NCBI GenBank assembly: GCA_963575745.1
Contig: CAUYUJ010000258.1
Location: 62,001 to 116,210 of the forward strand
Reading direction: 5' to 3'
Origin: Prorocentrum cordatum
Lineage: Eukaryota
DNA: 54,210 nt
In this document: piece by piece, positions 38,621-48,832 of the stretch
How the letters are laid out: every line of letters starts with the position of its first letter
Numbering within the stretch: the stretch's first letter is position 1
The notes under the pieces: model-generated
Database searches by the model: none
Told to the model about the DNA's origin: nothing
Seen by the model: the letters and a program-made list of their open reading frames with translations, nothing else
Translations under genes and position numbers: made by a program

Positions 38621-41003
38621 GGGGCGACGCGCGCGACATTCGTGTGAGGAGAAGGGGGGGTGGCTGCTGATGAGATTAGACTACGGAAACACTTCCAGAC
38701 ACGATTTGACATTCTGTTGCGCTTCACCTTGTCAGGCGGCACGGTGTTGGATCTTGGCACAAAGCGAGTGTTGCGTACGTGGTTGAACAATTTCCTATAC
38801 GTGTAATCCCGTTCGCGTAGAGCGGCTTGTGCTCGAACTGCAAGGGTTACTCTTTGAGAACAGTGGCAGAAACCGCAGTCGTGGGCACGATTGAACATCA
38901 GTTCAGTTTTTTGCAGAGAACAACATTACATATGTTTCGGTTTTGCGCCTGGAAGATTCAGACCATTGGCAGGACACCGTGAAACAGCACATCTCCAGTT
39001 TTGTTCTAACGGCCAGCAACGTTGGCTTCCAGAGAGTCTACGCGGAGAAGTACGCAGCTTTCCGCAAATCTTATACTTTGCCACTTGATGCGATCCAAAC
39101 AGTTCGATGGTCGCCGTTCTTTTCTGCGCAGGAGAGAAGCGATTGCTATGTGAGTCGCAGGCATGGGATCCAGCATCCAGGGGTTCAAAATGGCGGAGGC
39201 GCCTGCGCCAGACTCAGCTGCGCAAGAACTGAAAACCTGGATCCCCTCGGGCGCCCTGGAGTCGGATGACAGACTGCATGGTCGCTGCGTGCGACACCAG
39301 CGTTCTGGAGCCCTCTTGGTTCTGGATTTGTTCGCGGCGGCGGCGCCGCCGTCGAGCCGCGCAGGCGCCAATTGGACCTCGCGGCCACCGGGGGCAAAGC
39401 GAGTCGTTCGCGCCGCCTCGCGGTTGCAGTCGGTGCTGCGGCCGGTGGCGGGCGACTGGTCGACACTGTGCTGCGTCGTGGCCAGTGTGTGCGAGAACTT
39501 GTCGTATCGGCAGGGCCTCGCTGTGCGAAAAGACACGTGTATCCTCGCGTCAGAGGGGTCGCGTCACGACGCTCTGTCCGCCACTGGGATAGACATACTC
39601 TTTTTTCAAGTGTTAGCGACCAGTAGTGGTGGACTCACACGCCTCCTCCCTCCAGTGCCTTTGGCGATTTGCCACCCGTCTTCCGGTCACGCTTCTTCCA
39701 GTTGCGAAACTTTACACGCATGTTTTATTCCCACCAGCCCATTCAGGCAGCTTGCCCATGCGAGTTGCCTTTCATCAGGGAAATGTAGGAGCAAGCGGTG
39801 GAGAAAAGAGGGGGATCAGCCTGCGCAGACCCATGGGTACACGAAATTGCCTGCGTGGACCTTTCGAGATGGGAGCCTCTTTGCGGCTAGCTTGGGCCAT
39901 CTTGGGGCTCTGTTGGGGTCATGCAGGAGATCGGAAACGGTTGTATTTCTTTAGTAGCAGGTTGACAGACGGTGTCTTCACCCTGCTCGCTCGAGGTGAT
40001 AGTGCATTTCCATTGTCATTGATCGCCTGCTCTCTCCGCTGTCCAATTTTGACGGCTTGTGGTCCACGCTGACTGTGCGCTGGAGGGGGAACCAATGTTT
40101 CACACGTTGATGGGACCACGAGGGCCCTGGCGGAAGTGTATTCAACGAACGCTTGCACTGACAGGGTTCTTTCGGGAGACTTTTTACTTGGGCCATCAGT
40201 CAGACATCACCATTGCCGTGCCTACTAACTCGTCGCCATCGCCGGCTAGCCTTGTCCGTTGTGTTCGGGGGTCGGCCGTCGCCGTCGCCGTCGCCAGCTG
40301 AATCCGTCGCCGTCGGCGCGACCAGCCTCGTCGGTGTCACCGTTGAGCTGGTCGTCCGCCCGCCGCAGTGTAAGTTTAGCCCGCACTCGTTGCCAACGCC
40401 GTCCAACCTTGTTGCTGGGGGCGTGCTTGGATATTTCGTGTGTGCACGATTCGTGGGTGGATCTCTTCCTTTTGTTCTCACGTGTATGTGTCATTCCTCC
40501 TCCTACGCATTGCTTCGACCGTGTGTTTGCCATCTCCGCAATCTAAGCGTAATTGATGAAAGACCTAGTGGGGTACACCGGGCCTCCTTCTAGCTGTGCC
40601 CTACCACTCTTCTGAAGAAGCAAATGGTCAAAGTGGCCATGGGTTTCAGGGAATGCTTCGGGGTCGCATCGGAGTCTTCAGCGGAGAAAACTGGGCATGG
40701 GGTTATCTTCTCGCAGCGGCACGCCCATCTCCCCCGCACAATATTGCATCGCATCCCCGGGCAAGCTTTTTTTTGCCAGGAGGGTTGTGCACTCTGTGCC
40801 CCTGTTCGGCGGCGCGCCCGGGGGCGGGGGGGGGGGAACGGAGGGGGGCAGGCCTTGTCAGAGGGCGGCGGAGCTTCTCAAGAGTCCTCCGGCATTCTGA
40901 GAGGCCCTCCCCGTCTTCGGAAGAGGCCCAGAGAGCTTCTCGGAAGGCCCGCCTCGTCTGCGTGCCCCCCCCTAGGCTGCGTGCCCCCCCGGGCTCGCCG
41001 CCA

Positions 41004-41054
<51 letters not shown>

Positions 41055-41160
41055 GACGACGACGACTAGGACGAGGACTTCGACGACGACGACAAAGACG
41101 AAAACGACGACGAGGACTTCGACGACGACGACGACGAAGACGACGACGGCGACGAAGTCG
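41004..41160. repeat. (GAC)n microsatellite
   Basis: Direct reading. Confidence 0.95.
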
Positions 41161-41169
41161 TGCCGCCCC

Positions 41170-41430
41170 TGGCCAGTCGGGGCCGAAGTTGGCCCAAGAG
41201 GGACCAGAAACAGCCCAAGAGCGCGTCTTGGCCCAAGACGGCCTTTAGAAGGGCTGCAGACAGCCCGGCCCCAAGACAGCCCACTCTGGCATCCAGACCG
41301 CCCACGGAGCCCCAGGAGACTCTCACGACGGCCAAGAGGGACCCAAGACGGCCCAAAAGGCCTTCAGGACGGCCCAACATGCCCCCCAAAGGGCGTCAGA
41401 GCGGCCACAAGAGACCCCAACAAGGGGCCC
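41170..41430. repeat. Inverted copy of the GGCCGTCTTGG repeat family
   Basis: ggcccaagacggcc and cccaagag motifs. Confidence 0.6.
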
Positions 41431-41779
41431 ATTCGCAGCCGTGCATGTTCACGGCGTCGGGCGGGGAGCTAGCATATATTGTGCGCGCGCAGGTGCGCCG
41501 CCTGGCACGATTGCCGCAGCCCTGGGGTCGCTGGCCGAGAAGCACAGCGGGCAGCCATGCCATCCTATGATCCTCAGGACGTGTGTTAGCCCAAGCGTTT
41601 GTTTACAACGCTCGGATCCGCCGACAGCGCTTTGTCTGTGTCGGCCCTCGTTGAGCCGCCAGCGTCGTATTGAAGGGCCTCGGTGGACAAGCACACGTTG
41701 GCGCTAACACAGGCTCTGGGGATCGTCCATTCATTCTATCGTCATCGTAGCGCTCATGCTGCTGTTCTGCCGATCGTGT

Positions 41780-42700
41780 TGCTCATGATGCCGTTCGTGA
41801 CTGTATTGTGTGTTCGAGTCCAGTTCCACCACCCGCCTGTCCTGCCTCGGCAACGTTCGTCTGCCACTTTGGCTGCCCACGAATACGAACCAGAGCGCCT
41901 CCCTCTCGTCCGCCGAGGGCGGTGGCGTGACCAGGCCTCTTGCGCTTACGGTCTATGCCATCAGGTCCGTATCGTATGGTCCAGTACGCTGTTGGCTGAG
42001 GCAGGCGGTGCCAAGAGTTCAGATGGAGCCAAGCCGGAGATTGATTCACGAGTGCGGAAGGGAGAGTTCGTGGTCAGGGGCAGGGGGATAGAATGGACAC
42101 GGATGGAGGATGGTACGGGGGATGAGTGAAATGCAAGTCGCGACTGGCTGCCTAGCGCCCATATACGGTCGCATCGCCGGTGCCTCTTCCAAGCCGAACG
42201 ATCCCTTAGTATATGGCGCCCGTTCGTTTTTGTTCGACCCAGTGAGACGGTGATGGCTACCAGGTAGCTGGATAACTTACACATGATGTGGCTGGCCTGG
42301 GCCAGAGCTGGGTACACATTGGCCAGATGTCTTTCATGCGCTCGGCCCTTCGCTGGACACGCTGGCTTTCCTCATGTTCATCCAGCGCAAGGCCTCCAGA
42401 TGTTCCACATGGGAATCCAGCCGTGTGTGTTTCCAGCTTTCTGTTATCAGCGCGTAGCATGACCGTTCATTCTGTTTCACCGAGTGATGCGGTGAAGGCA
42501 CTGCATACGGATTCCTCCAGAGGCGAAGCAGGCGGCCCACGATCTTGTTTCGACAGGCCATCCACTGGCCGCGGATTGAATTGTGGTCTGCGGGAAGTAG
42601 TGCTGGGATGCCCGAAGGGAAGGTACGGCAGGTTCGTGTCGGGTCGATGCTGCGGCGACTCCAGCGCGGACGTTCAAGCTTGAACGCCGCCAGTGGCCCA
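41780..42700 (-). pseudogene. Possible decayed 3' end of another LINE ORF2
   Basis: Fragments HVEHLEALRWMNMR and ILRDRSAWKR loosely resemble the C-terminal GHVAR...W...DR..W region of RTE-like proteins; heavily disrupted. Confidence 0.3.
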
Positions 42701-42970
42701 GAGTCGACCGATATCGAGTGATCTTGCGCGATCAGAAAGCCGCGACCCTTCAAAGTCGAACCATCCATGCGATGTCAGAGACCACCGCGCAAGGCGTCAC
42801 AACGCGAATCCGCCGTCCTGGAGGAAAGCATGGGCCCGCTTTGGGAGCCTGTCGGCAACCTGTGGTAACATCCAGCGAAGTGCAGGTGCATCTTTGGCGC
42901 TCCCCCTTGATCTCGGAGCTCAGGGTATCTCCACGTCTTCACTGCGTGTATGTGTGTGTGTGTGTCTCAT

Positions 42971-43040
42971 TCCGCCAGCGCAGTCACCCTGCCTAGCCGC
43001 CGACGCAAAAAGTGTGTGTGTGTGTGTGCTTGCTTTTGAG

Positions 43041-43080
<40 letters not shown>

Positions 43081-43217
43081 TGTGTGTCTGTGTGTTTTGT
43101 GTGCCCCACTAACGCTTCTTTGCCAGCGCAGTGACTCTGCCTAGCCGCCGACGCAAGCAAAAAGTGTGTTCGACTCACTCCGCATTGTCGCTGCGCGCCA
43201 GGCCGCGACCGCCAACA

Positions 43218-43257
<40 letters not shown>

Positions 43258-43270
43258 CTGTGTGTGGTCG
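42971..43270. repeat. Duplicated GCCAGCGCAGT...CCTAGCCGCCGACGCAA unit with (TG)n
   Basis: Two copies about 150 bp apart (near 42974 and 43122). Confidence 0.8.
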
Positions 43271-43276
43271 TGTTTG

Positions 43277-43338
43277 TCCGTAGCTCCCCCCTGGCTTAAG
43301 CCTTGGCTCAAGGTTGGCTCAACCCGCTGTGGGTCAAG
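43277..43338 (+). other. Stack of up to four degenerate SL relicts
   Basis: TCCGTAGCTCCCCCCTGGCTTAAG, CCTTGGCTCAAG, GTTGGCTCAA and CCGCTGTGGGTCAAG in tandem. Confidence 0.75.
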
Positions 43339-44451
43339 CAGCGGGCCGTCGGGAGGCCATGCCCCCTCTCCTCCGCTTCTGCTCCTTCCTTGCCGCTTCC
43401 GCTTCCACTCCCTTCTCCTGGCCAGCGTCGCGGACCCCCCCGGGCGGCAGGCGTCGCGGGCGCCGCGGGCGCTTCGGGCGCCGCGGCCGCCCCCGGGGCC
43501 CCCCGGCTGCCAGCCCGCCGCCACCGCCGCGGGCGCCGCGGGCGGCCGCGCCGCGGCGCCCTTCCGCCGCGTGGCGCGGCCGAAGGCGCTGCAGGTCGAG
43601 GAGCCACTGCGACGCGCGCCCTGGCCGTCGGGTTCTGGCCCATGGCCCGTGGTCTGTGGAAGGAGACGAACCTCAATAGGGAGGTCGGTGAAGTCCTAGG
43701 GTGCGCTCCTGGAAGTTCTGGCCGCGTCCGAGTTCGCTTTGATTGACCAGTTGGGATTCGAGCACTTCGTCCTCGCAATCGGGCGCCTCCCGTGGACTCC
43801 GACTCCGACGACGACGACCTGGACCTCCACTGCGGGACGGAAAGGTTGGACGTGAACGTCTGGGAGTTCTTTTAGGCCTCCTGGATGGGGTCCGAGTAGA
43901 TGGGGTCGGGGGCTCGCGCCGCATGGCCGATGCATCGACGACGCGGCTCGATGTGGAGGCCGTGTTTTCCCACGCGGACGTCGCCGGTGCACCGCCGATG
44001 CGTCGGCGATGCATTGGCGATGCGGCGCGATCCGTCGACCCCATCTACTCGGACCCCATCCCGGAGGCCTCTGGTTCTGGACCAGGCGCTGCAGAAGACC
44101 ACCCAGTTCGTCAGGGGCCACATCTCCGCCCCCGGCGTGGAGTTGCGCTTCATCGCCTGTGAGGTCCTTCCACGAGTCTGGCTTCCGCCTCCGTGGGGAC
44201 TCCAGAGGTGGCCATCCAGTGCTCAGGCGCACGGTGCCAGAGGGCTTGGAGGTAACGCGCTTCCCCTTCCTCGGGCAGTCGAACGCCAACACGGTCCGCC
44301 TCGGCATCACGCCACCAGCCTGGCCACCGCCACCCCGAAGGTGACGCGCGTCGAGGCAATCGGCAAGGCGATTGAGGGCGTGTCCACGGGGGTGCTCGCG
44401 AACGTGTGCACGTGGGTGCCGCCCAACGTGGAGTGGCGCGCCTCAAAGTGA
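43339..44451 (+). pseudogene. SL-capped processed pseudogene (retrogene) with an SH3-like beta-barrel motif
   Basis: Downstream of SL relicts, ATG at 43359. Segment GLWKETNLNREVGEVLG...GRVRVRFD*PVGIRALRPRN resembles the GL..pELNG..G.V....gR..V......l.p.NL module I recall from algal proteins. Contains an in-frame stop, frameshifts and an insertion. Confidence 0.55.
43874..44070. mobile_element. MITE-like element, 197 bp, 35-bp terminal inverted repeats
   Basis: AGGCCTCCTGGATGGGGTCCGAGTAGATGGGGTCG at the left end and its reverse complement (34/35) at the right end; no clear TSD. Confidence 0.75.
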
Positions 44452-44870
44452 GGGCGAGCATTGATTTCTCGGGGGCCGGTGGTGTCGCAATTGGCTGCTC
44501 TGCTTGAACTAGAGCGCCACCTTAGGTTTGGCACAACCATGGTCAGGTTGCTTCCCGCACACGTGTGTTGGCCAGTAGCGCCATCATTTTGAATTTTTAT
44601 GCTTCCAAGTCTTTGATTATGGAGGTTATGTTGCATCCTATCTTTTGTGCCAGTGGAGTTTGCCTCTCGCACGTCTTGCTTATAGAACTTCTCGAGGGCC
44701 TGTGGTGGCGGAGGTGGCTGCTCTGTGTGAGCTAGAGCGCCACCCCAGACAGTCAAGCTCCAAGCTATTTCCTGCACGTGTGTGTTCGCATTCAACCTCT
44801 CCAGGACCTGTGGTGGCGGAAGTGAGTTCTCTGTCTGAGTTAGAGCGCCACCCCAGGTTGGGCCCAGCAT
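44450..44870. repeat. Three diverged copies of a TAGAGCGCCACCCCAG-containing unit
   Basis: Motif near 44510, 44733 and 44841. Confidence 0.7.
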
Positions 44871-45065
44871 ATTGTTGTGTTTGCGTTTGTTGTTCGCTTC
44901 GTTGGTGCGCTTCTGTTTCTGCTTTCGTAACCGACGCAGTCACAACCTCTGGTGTCGTTGCCTATGTGGTGCCAAAAGCGTGCGACCGCGTCGTCAGTTA
45001 GACCAGGATTTCTTCTTACAGAGCGCACGTCGATTTGCGGCTTGTGATATGTGCTGCGTACTGAT

Positions 45066-45238
45066 TGCATGCTCAGGCCTCCTCCCTCCTCGTCTTCTTC
45101 TCCTGTCGTCGTCGTCCCCTTCTCTCCCCGCCGTTCTCCCTCTCCCCGATGTGAGATGCTGTGAGCGCGCTCTTTCACATGACCGCTGGGTATGGTGTCA
45201 AATTGCCGCTGGGCCTCCTCACGTCCTCGCCTTCTTCT

Positions 45239-45309
<71 letters not shown>

Positions 45310-45960
45310 CCCTCCTGAGGTCTGTCGCCGCTGCCCCTCCTCTCCTGGATGTCAGCTGCTGCGAGCGCACTTTTCCCAGTTCCCTTGGCGGGGGGCGATC
45401 CGCTCCCCGTGCGGGGGGTCGCCCGCGCATCCCGCAGTCTTGCCGCTGCTGTGTTCCACACGTGTGCTGCTTGCTGCATGCATGTTCAGGCCTCCTCCCG
45501 CCTCCTTTTTTTCTCTCCTGTCGTCGTCGTCCCGCCCTCTCTCCCCGCCTTTCCCCCCCTCCCCGATGTCAGATGCTTCGGGCGCATTATTTCACATGGC
45601 CGCCTGCTCCACCTCCTCCCGTCGACCACCTCGGCATCCTCGACCTCCTCGCCTCCTCCCCCCTCGTTTTCCTCCTCGACCTCATCCCCTCGACCTCTTC
45701 GAACTCCTCCTCCCCTCACCTCTTCCCCTCCTCCCCTTCCTTCCTCCCGCTCGACCTCCTCCCCTCGTCATTTTCCTTCCCGGTCGGCGTCGCCCCCATC
45801 TCGCCCCGCCGCTTCCCTCCCTCTCTCGGACTTCGGATGCCGCGAGCGGCGCTCTTCCCCCCCGACTGCCCCTTGGCGGAGGACCAGTCCGCTTTCCGTG
45901 CGGATGGGCATCCGCGCATCCCACAGCCAGTCCTGCCGCCGCTGCGCAGCTTCTTATTTC
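45066..45960. repeat. Degenerate local duplication (about 410-480 bp) of a pyrimidine-rich unit with (GTC)n
   Basis: TGCATG.TCAGGCCTCCTCCC...CCCCGATGT.AGATGCT at 45066 and 45477; CCCTTGGCGG...CGCGCATCCC.CAG near 45382 and 45870. Confidence 0.8.
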
Positions 45961-46111
45961 CCGCTTCTTCTTCTTCTTCTTCTTCTTCTTCTCCTCCTCC
46001 TCCTCCTCCTCCTCCTCCTCCTCCTCCTCCGCCTCCCCTTCCTCCTCCCCTCCTCCTCCTCCTCCCTCCTCCTCCTCCTCCTCCTCCTCCTCCTCCTCCT
46101 CCTCCTCCTCC

Positions 46112-46145
46112 GCTCAAGTAACATCTGGGTTCCGACCATTTTGGC
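46112..46145 (+). other. Degenerate SL remnants at the 5' end of element B
   Basis: GCTCAAG (SL 3' end) at 46112-46118 and TCCGACCATTTTGGC at 46131-46145, containing a 10-nt exact match CCATTTTGGC. Confidence 0.65.
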
Positions 46146-46253
46146 AGAGAGCTCAGGTGCCTCTGTGCCTTCCCGTGGCACTTGGGGGACAGTGCACGAA
46201 CGCCCCAGAGGATTGTTCGAGCGCTGACAAAAGCAGAGGGTTTTCAGACAGCA

Positions 46254-47354
46254 ATGGCAACGGCCAGGACATGGACACGGTGCGCAGAATGCCAGCGCTG
46301 CGAGTACAATGACGTGCTGCAGCGGAACGACAGCAAGTGTGCGCATTGTGGTGAGAGAGTGGCTCTATTTCAGCCAAAGAGGAGCGCCTCGCGTGACAGG
46401 GGCAAGAAGAAAGTGAGTTTCACGAACGACGACTCGGGCAACCTGCTGCAGCCCAAGGGTATTCTTCGTTCGGCCTCACCTTCGACAGGTAGCAGGGGCA
46501 GCACGCGTGGAAAGGCAGCAGTGACAGAGCACCTCCAGCTCGCGCTGCAAGCCACCGATGATGCCCAACTGAAGGACAGCCTTCAGAAGCATATTCAACA
46601 GCTTGAGAAGGATGCCGCAGGAAACGAGGACTCAGTCAACCCCGTGGAGGCCTTGCGGCGCGCCGACAGTGCATTCCGCGACGCAGACCACCGCCATGGG
46701 CAGCTGGCGGCGAATGTGGTCAGGTTGAGGACACAGTTGGCGCTGGCAGAGAAGAAGGAGGGCGTTGCAGCCCAGGAGGTTGCGCGAGCGCAGGCCGCGC
46801 GGCGCGCAGCCACCCAGGCCTTAGCCCATGCTGAGGGCGTCAAAGGCCAGGGTGAGACCTCCGAGGGGACCCAGGAGAGTGCGGTCCCGAAGCCGATTTT
46901 CCAGTGCACTTGGGACAAGGAGTTCTTCGCGAACATAGAGTCCTTGGACTGCGAATCCTCCGAGAAGGAAGCTCTACGCACGATCAAGACCGATCTCGAG
47001 CAGGCCGCAGGTGCTATGGAGACCAAAGAGGCGGAGGTGCGCAAGTGGCTCGACCAGTTGCAGCAGCTTCGCAATGACGTGGAGAAGCGCACGGCCAAGA
47101 AGAGACGTGGAGCTGATGGCGCAGCAGCTGAAGGTGGTGGCGGTGAAGCCAAGCCCCCGACGGCTGCCGCAGGCTCTGAGGGCACCGACCCCGCGGCGAC
47201 CCAGGCAGCCAAGGCGGCGCAGGAGGCTGCGAATGCGGAGGAGGAGGCCAAGATAGCAGTCGAGGCGCAGAGGCTGTCGGCGGCGAAGCTGGAGGCGGCG
47301 GCACAGGCGGCAGCCACCAAGGGCAAGGGCAAGGACCCTGCCGTCGCGGCTTGA
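46254..47354 (+). CDS. ORF1 (gag-like) of element B: C4 zinc finger, coiled coil, basic motif
   Basis: MATARTWTRCAECQRC...KCAHCG, a long A/E/Q/K helical region and AKKRR; intact frame upstream of APE. Confidence 0.87.
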   Translation: MATARTWTRCAECQRCEYNDVLQRNDSKCAHCGERVALFQPKRSASRDRGKKKVSFTNDDSGNLLQPKGILRSASPSTGSRGSTRGKAAVTEHLQLALQATDDAQLKDSLQKHIQQLEKDAAGNEDSVNPVEALRRADSAFRDADHRHGQLAANVVRLRTQLALAEKKEGVAAQEVARAQAARRAATQALAHAEGVKGQGETSEGTQESAVPKPIFQCTWDKEFFANIESLDCESSEKEALRTIKTDLEQAAGAMETKEAEVRKWLDQLQQLRNDVEKRTAKKRRGADGAAAEGGGGEAKPPTAAAGSEGTDPAATQAAKAAQEAANAEEEAKIAVEAQRLSAAKLEAAAQAAATKGKGKDPAVAA

Positions 47355-47378
47355 CTAGGCACGGCAGCGCAGGCGGAT

Positions 47379-48334
47379 ATGCATGGAGCAGACCCCACCT
47401 GTGCTGCCTCACCGAGCATCGCAGAGGCGGTGCCTGCAGGGGAGAGTGCTACGACGCGACTCTTTTATTCTAATGTCACTTGCATGGGGGAGAAGTCTTG
47501 GGCGTGGATTACATCCCAGACCAAGACCTACGACTTTTTCGCGATCGCCGAGACTCATGTCCACTCCGAGTCAGCGCTGCGGTCCTACGACAGCAAAGCT
47601 AGAGGTGCAGGGCTGCGGCTTTTCGCCAACGCTGCTCGCCCCACCTCGAGGCGAGTTGCAGCCCAGCAGGCTGAGCACGCCAACGAAGGAGGCGAGTGGC
47701 TCCTTTCACGTGGACATCTGCAGACACACAGGCTTGGAGCAGCTCATGCAGCACGGGGCAAGCTGGCTGCTCCAGGTCATGGGAACTCGTATGACGGATT
47801 CATGGCGCAGGTAGTCCACTTCGTCGGCTTCTCGCTGGTGAACGTGGTCTTCTACGGATACAGCAACATGGGGTTGTACGGCGCGAACCTCGGGAGGTTC
47901 AACCGCCTGCTGGGGTTGCTGTGGGCGCTGCAGTTGCCCTGGGTGGTCGTGGGCGACTTCAATCTGAGCCCTGCTGCCCTCTCGCGTGCAGGCATAGTTG
48001 AACGTCTGTCAGCTGAGATTATTTCGGCCGACATCGCAGCAACATGCAACCTCGGATCAGGCACCCACATTGATTACGTTCTCTGTAGTAAGGCCGCACG
48101 GCCTTTCATTGTCAGTGTGAGTCCAGTATTGCAGGTCCCTTGGAAACCCCACATCGGGTTAGATATAGTTTTTCGGAGTTCTGGAGAGCAACTGCTCACT
48201 CGCGTTTTAGAGTTGCCTGGGAAACTCCCTCAGGTTCCCAGGCCCAGGGTGGAGCCTACTCCTGGCTCCAAATCCAGCGTTGCCAAAGCTAAGAGGAGTG
48301 TGCAGCATCAGCTAGCCGTAGTTTCTCGAGCTGA
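47379..48334 (+). CDS. APE-type endonuclease, N-terminal part of element B ORF2 (interrupted by AT-rich island)
   Basis: FYSNVT, FFAIAETHV, PWVVVGDFNLSP, ATC...HIDYVL and WKPHIGL motifs. Confidence 0.9.
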
Positions 48335-48830
48335 TAAATTCAATTCATATTTTATCTATATTTCTATATTATATTTTATATTATTATTGTTATTTATTAT
48401 TATAGAATAATCATAATATGTCTTATATTAATATTATAATATATATTATTATATATTATAATATTATTTTTATATTTATTAAAAATATTATTAAGTACTT
48501 TATTGAGATTATTATTATTTTATTATAATTTAAAACTTAAAGATCTATATCAATATATATATTCAATTATAAAATATATCAAAATCATTTTTATATATAT
48601 TATAAATATATTCCATTATATATTATTCAATATACTTCATATTTTATTTATTTATTTGAATAGATTAAAATAAATACAATCTATTTTTTATAATATCCGA
48701 ACTGATATTAATAAATAACCACAACCGCAAGTCCAAATATCAAAGCAAAAAAAAACAAACAGAACCACGACAAACACACCACCACTAAACACACATCACA
48801 CACACTACCATAACCTAAGCTAGGTTATGT
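48334..48830. other. Extremely AT-rich low-complexity island inside element B
   Basis: Abrupt switch from GC-rich coding sequence to almost pure A/T, then A/C-rich sequence, then back. Confidence 0.9.
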
Positions 48831-48832
48831 AG

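Noticed and set aside
36300..40600. Possible coding remnants, including a GSRGKST Walker-A-like string near 37440
   Set aside because: Motif spacing is wrong and no coherent domain is visible across frames.
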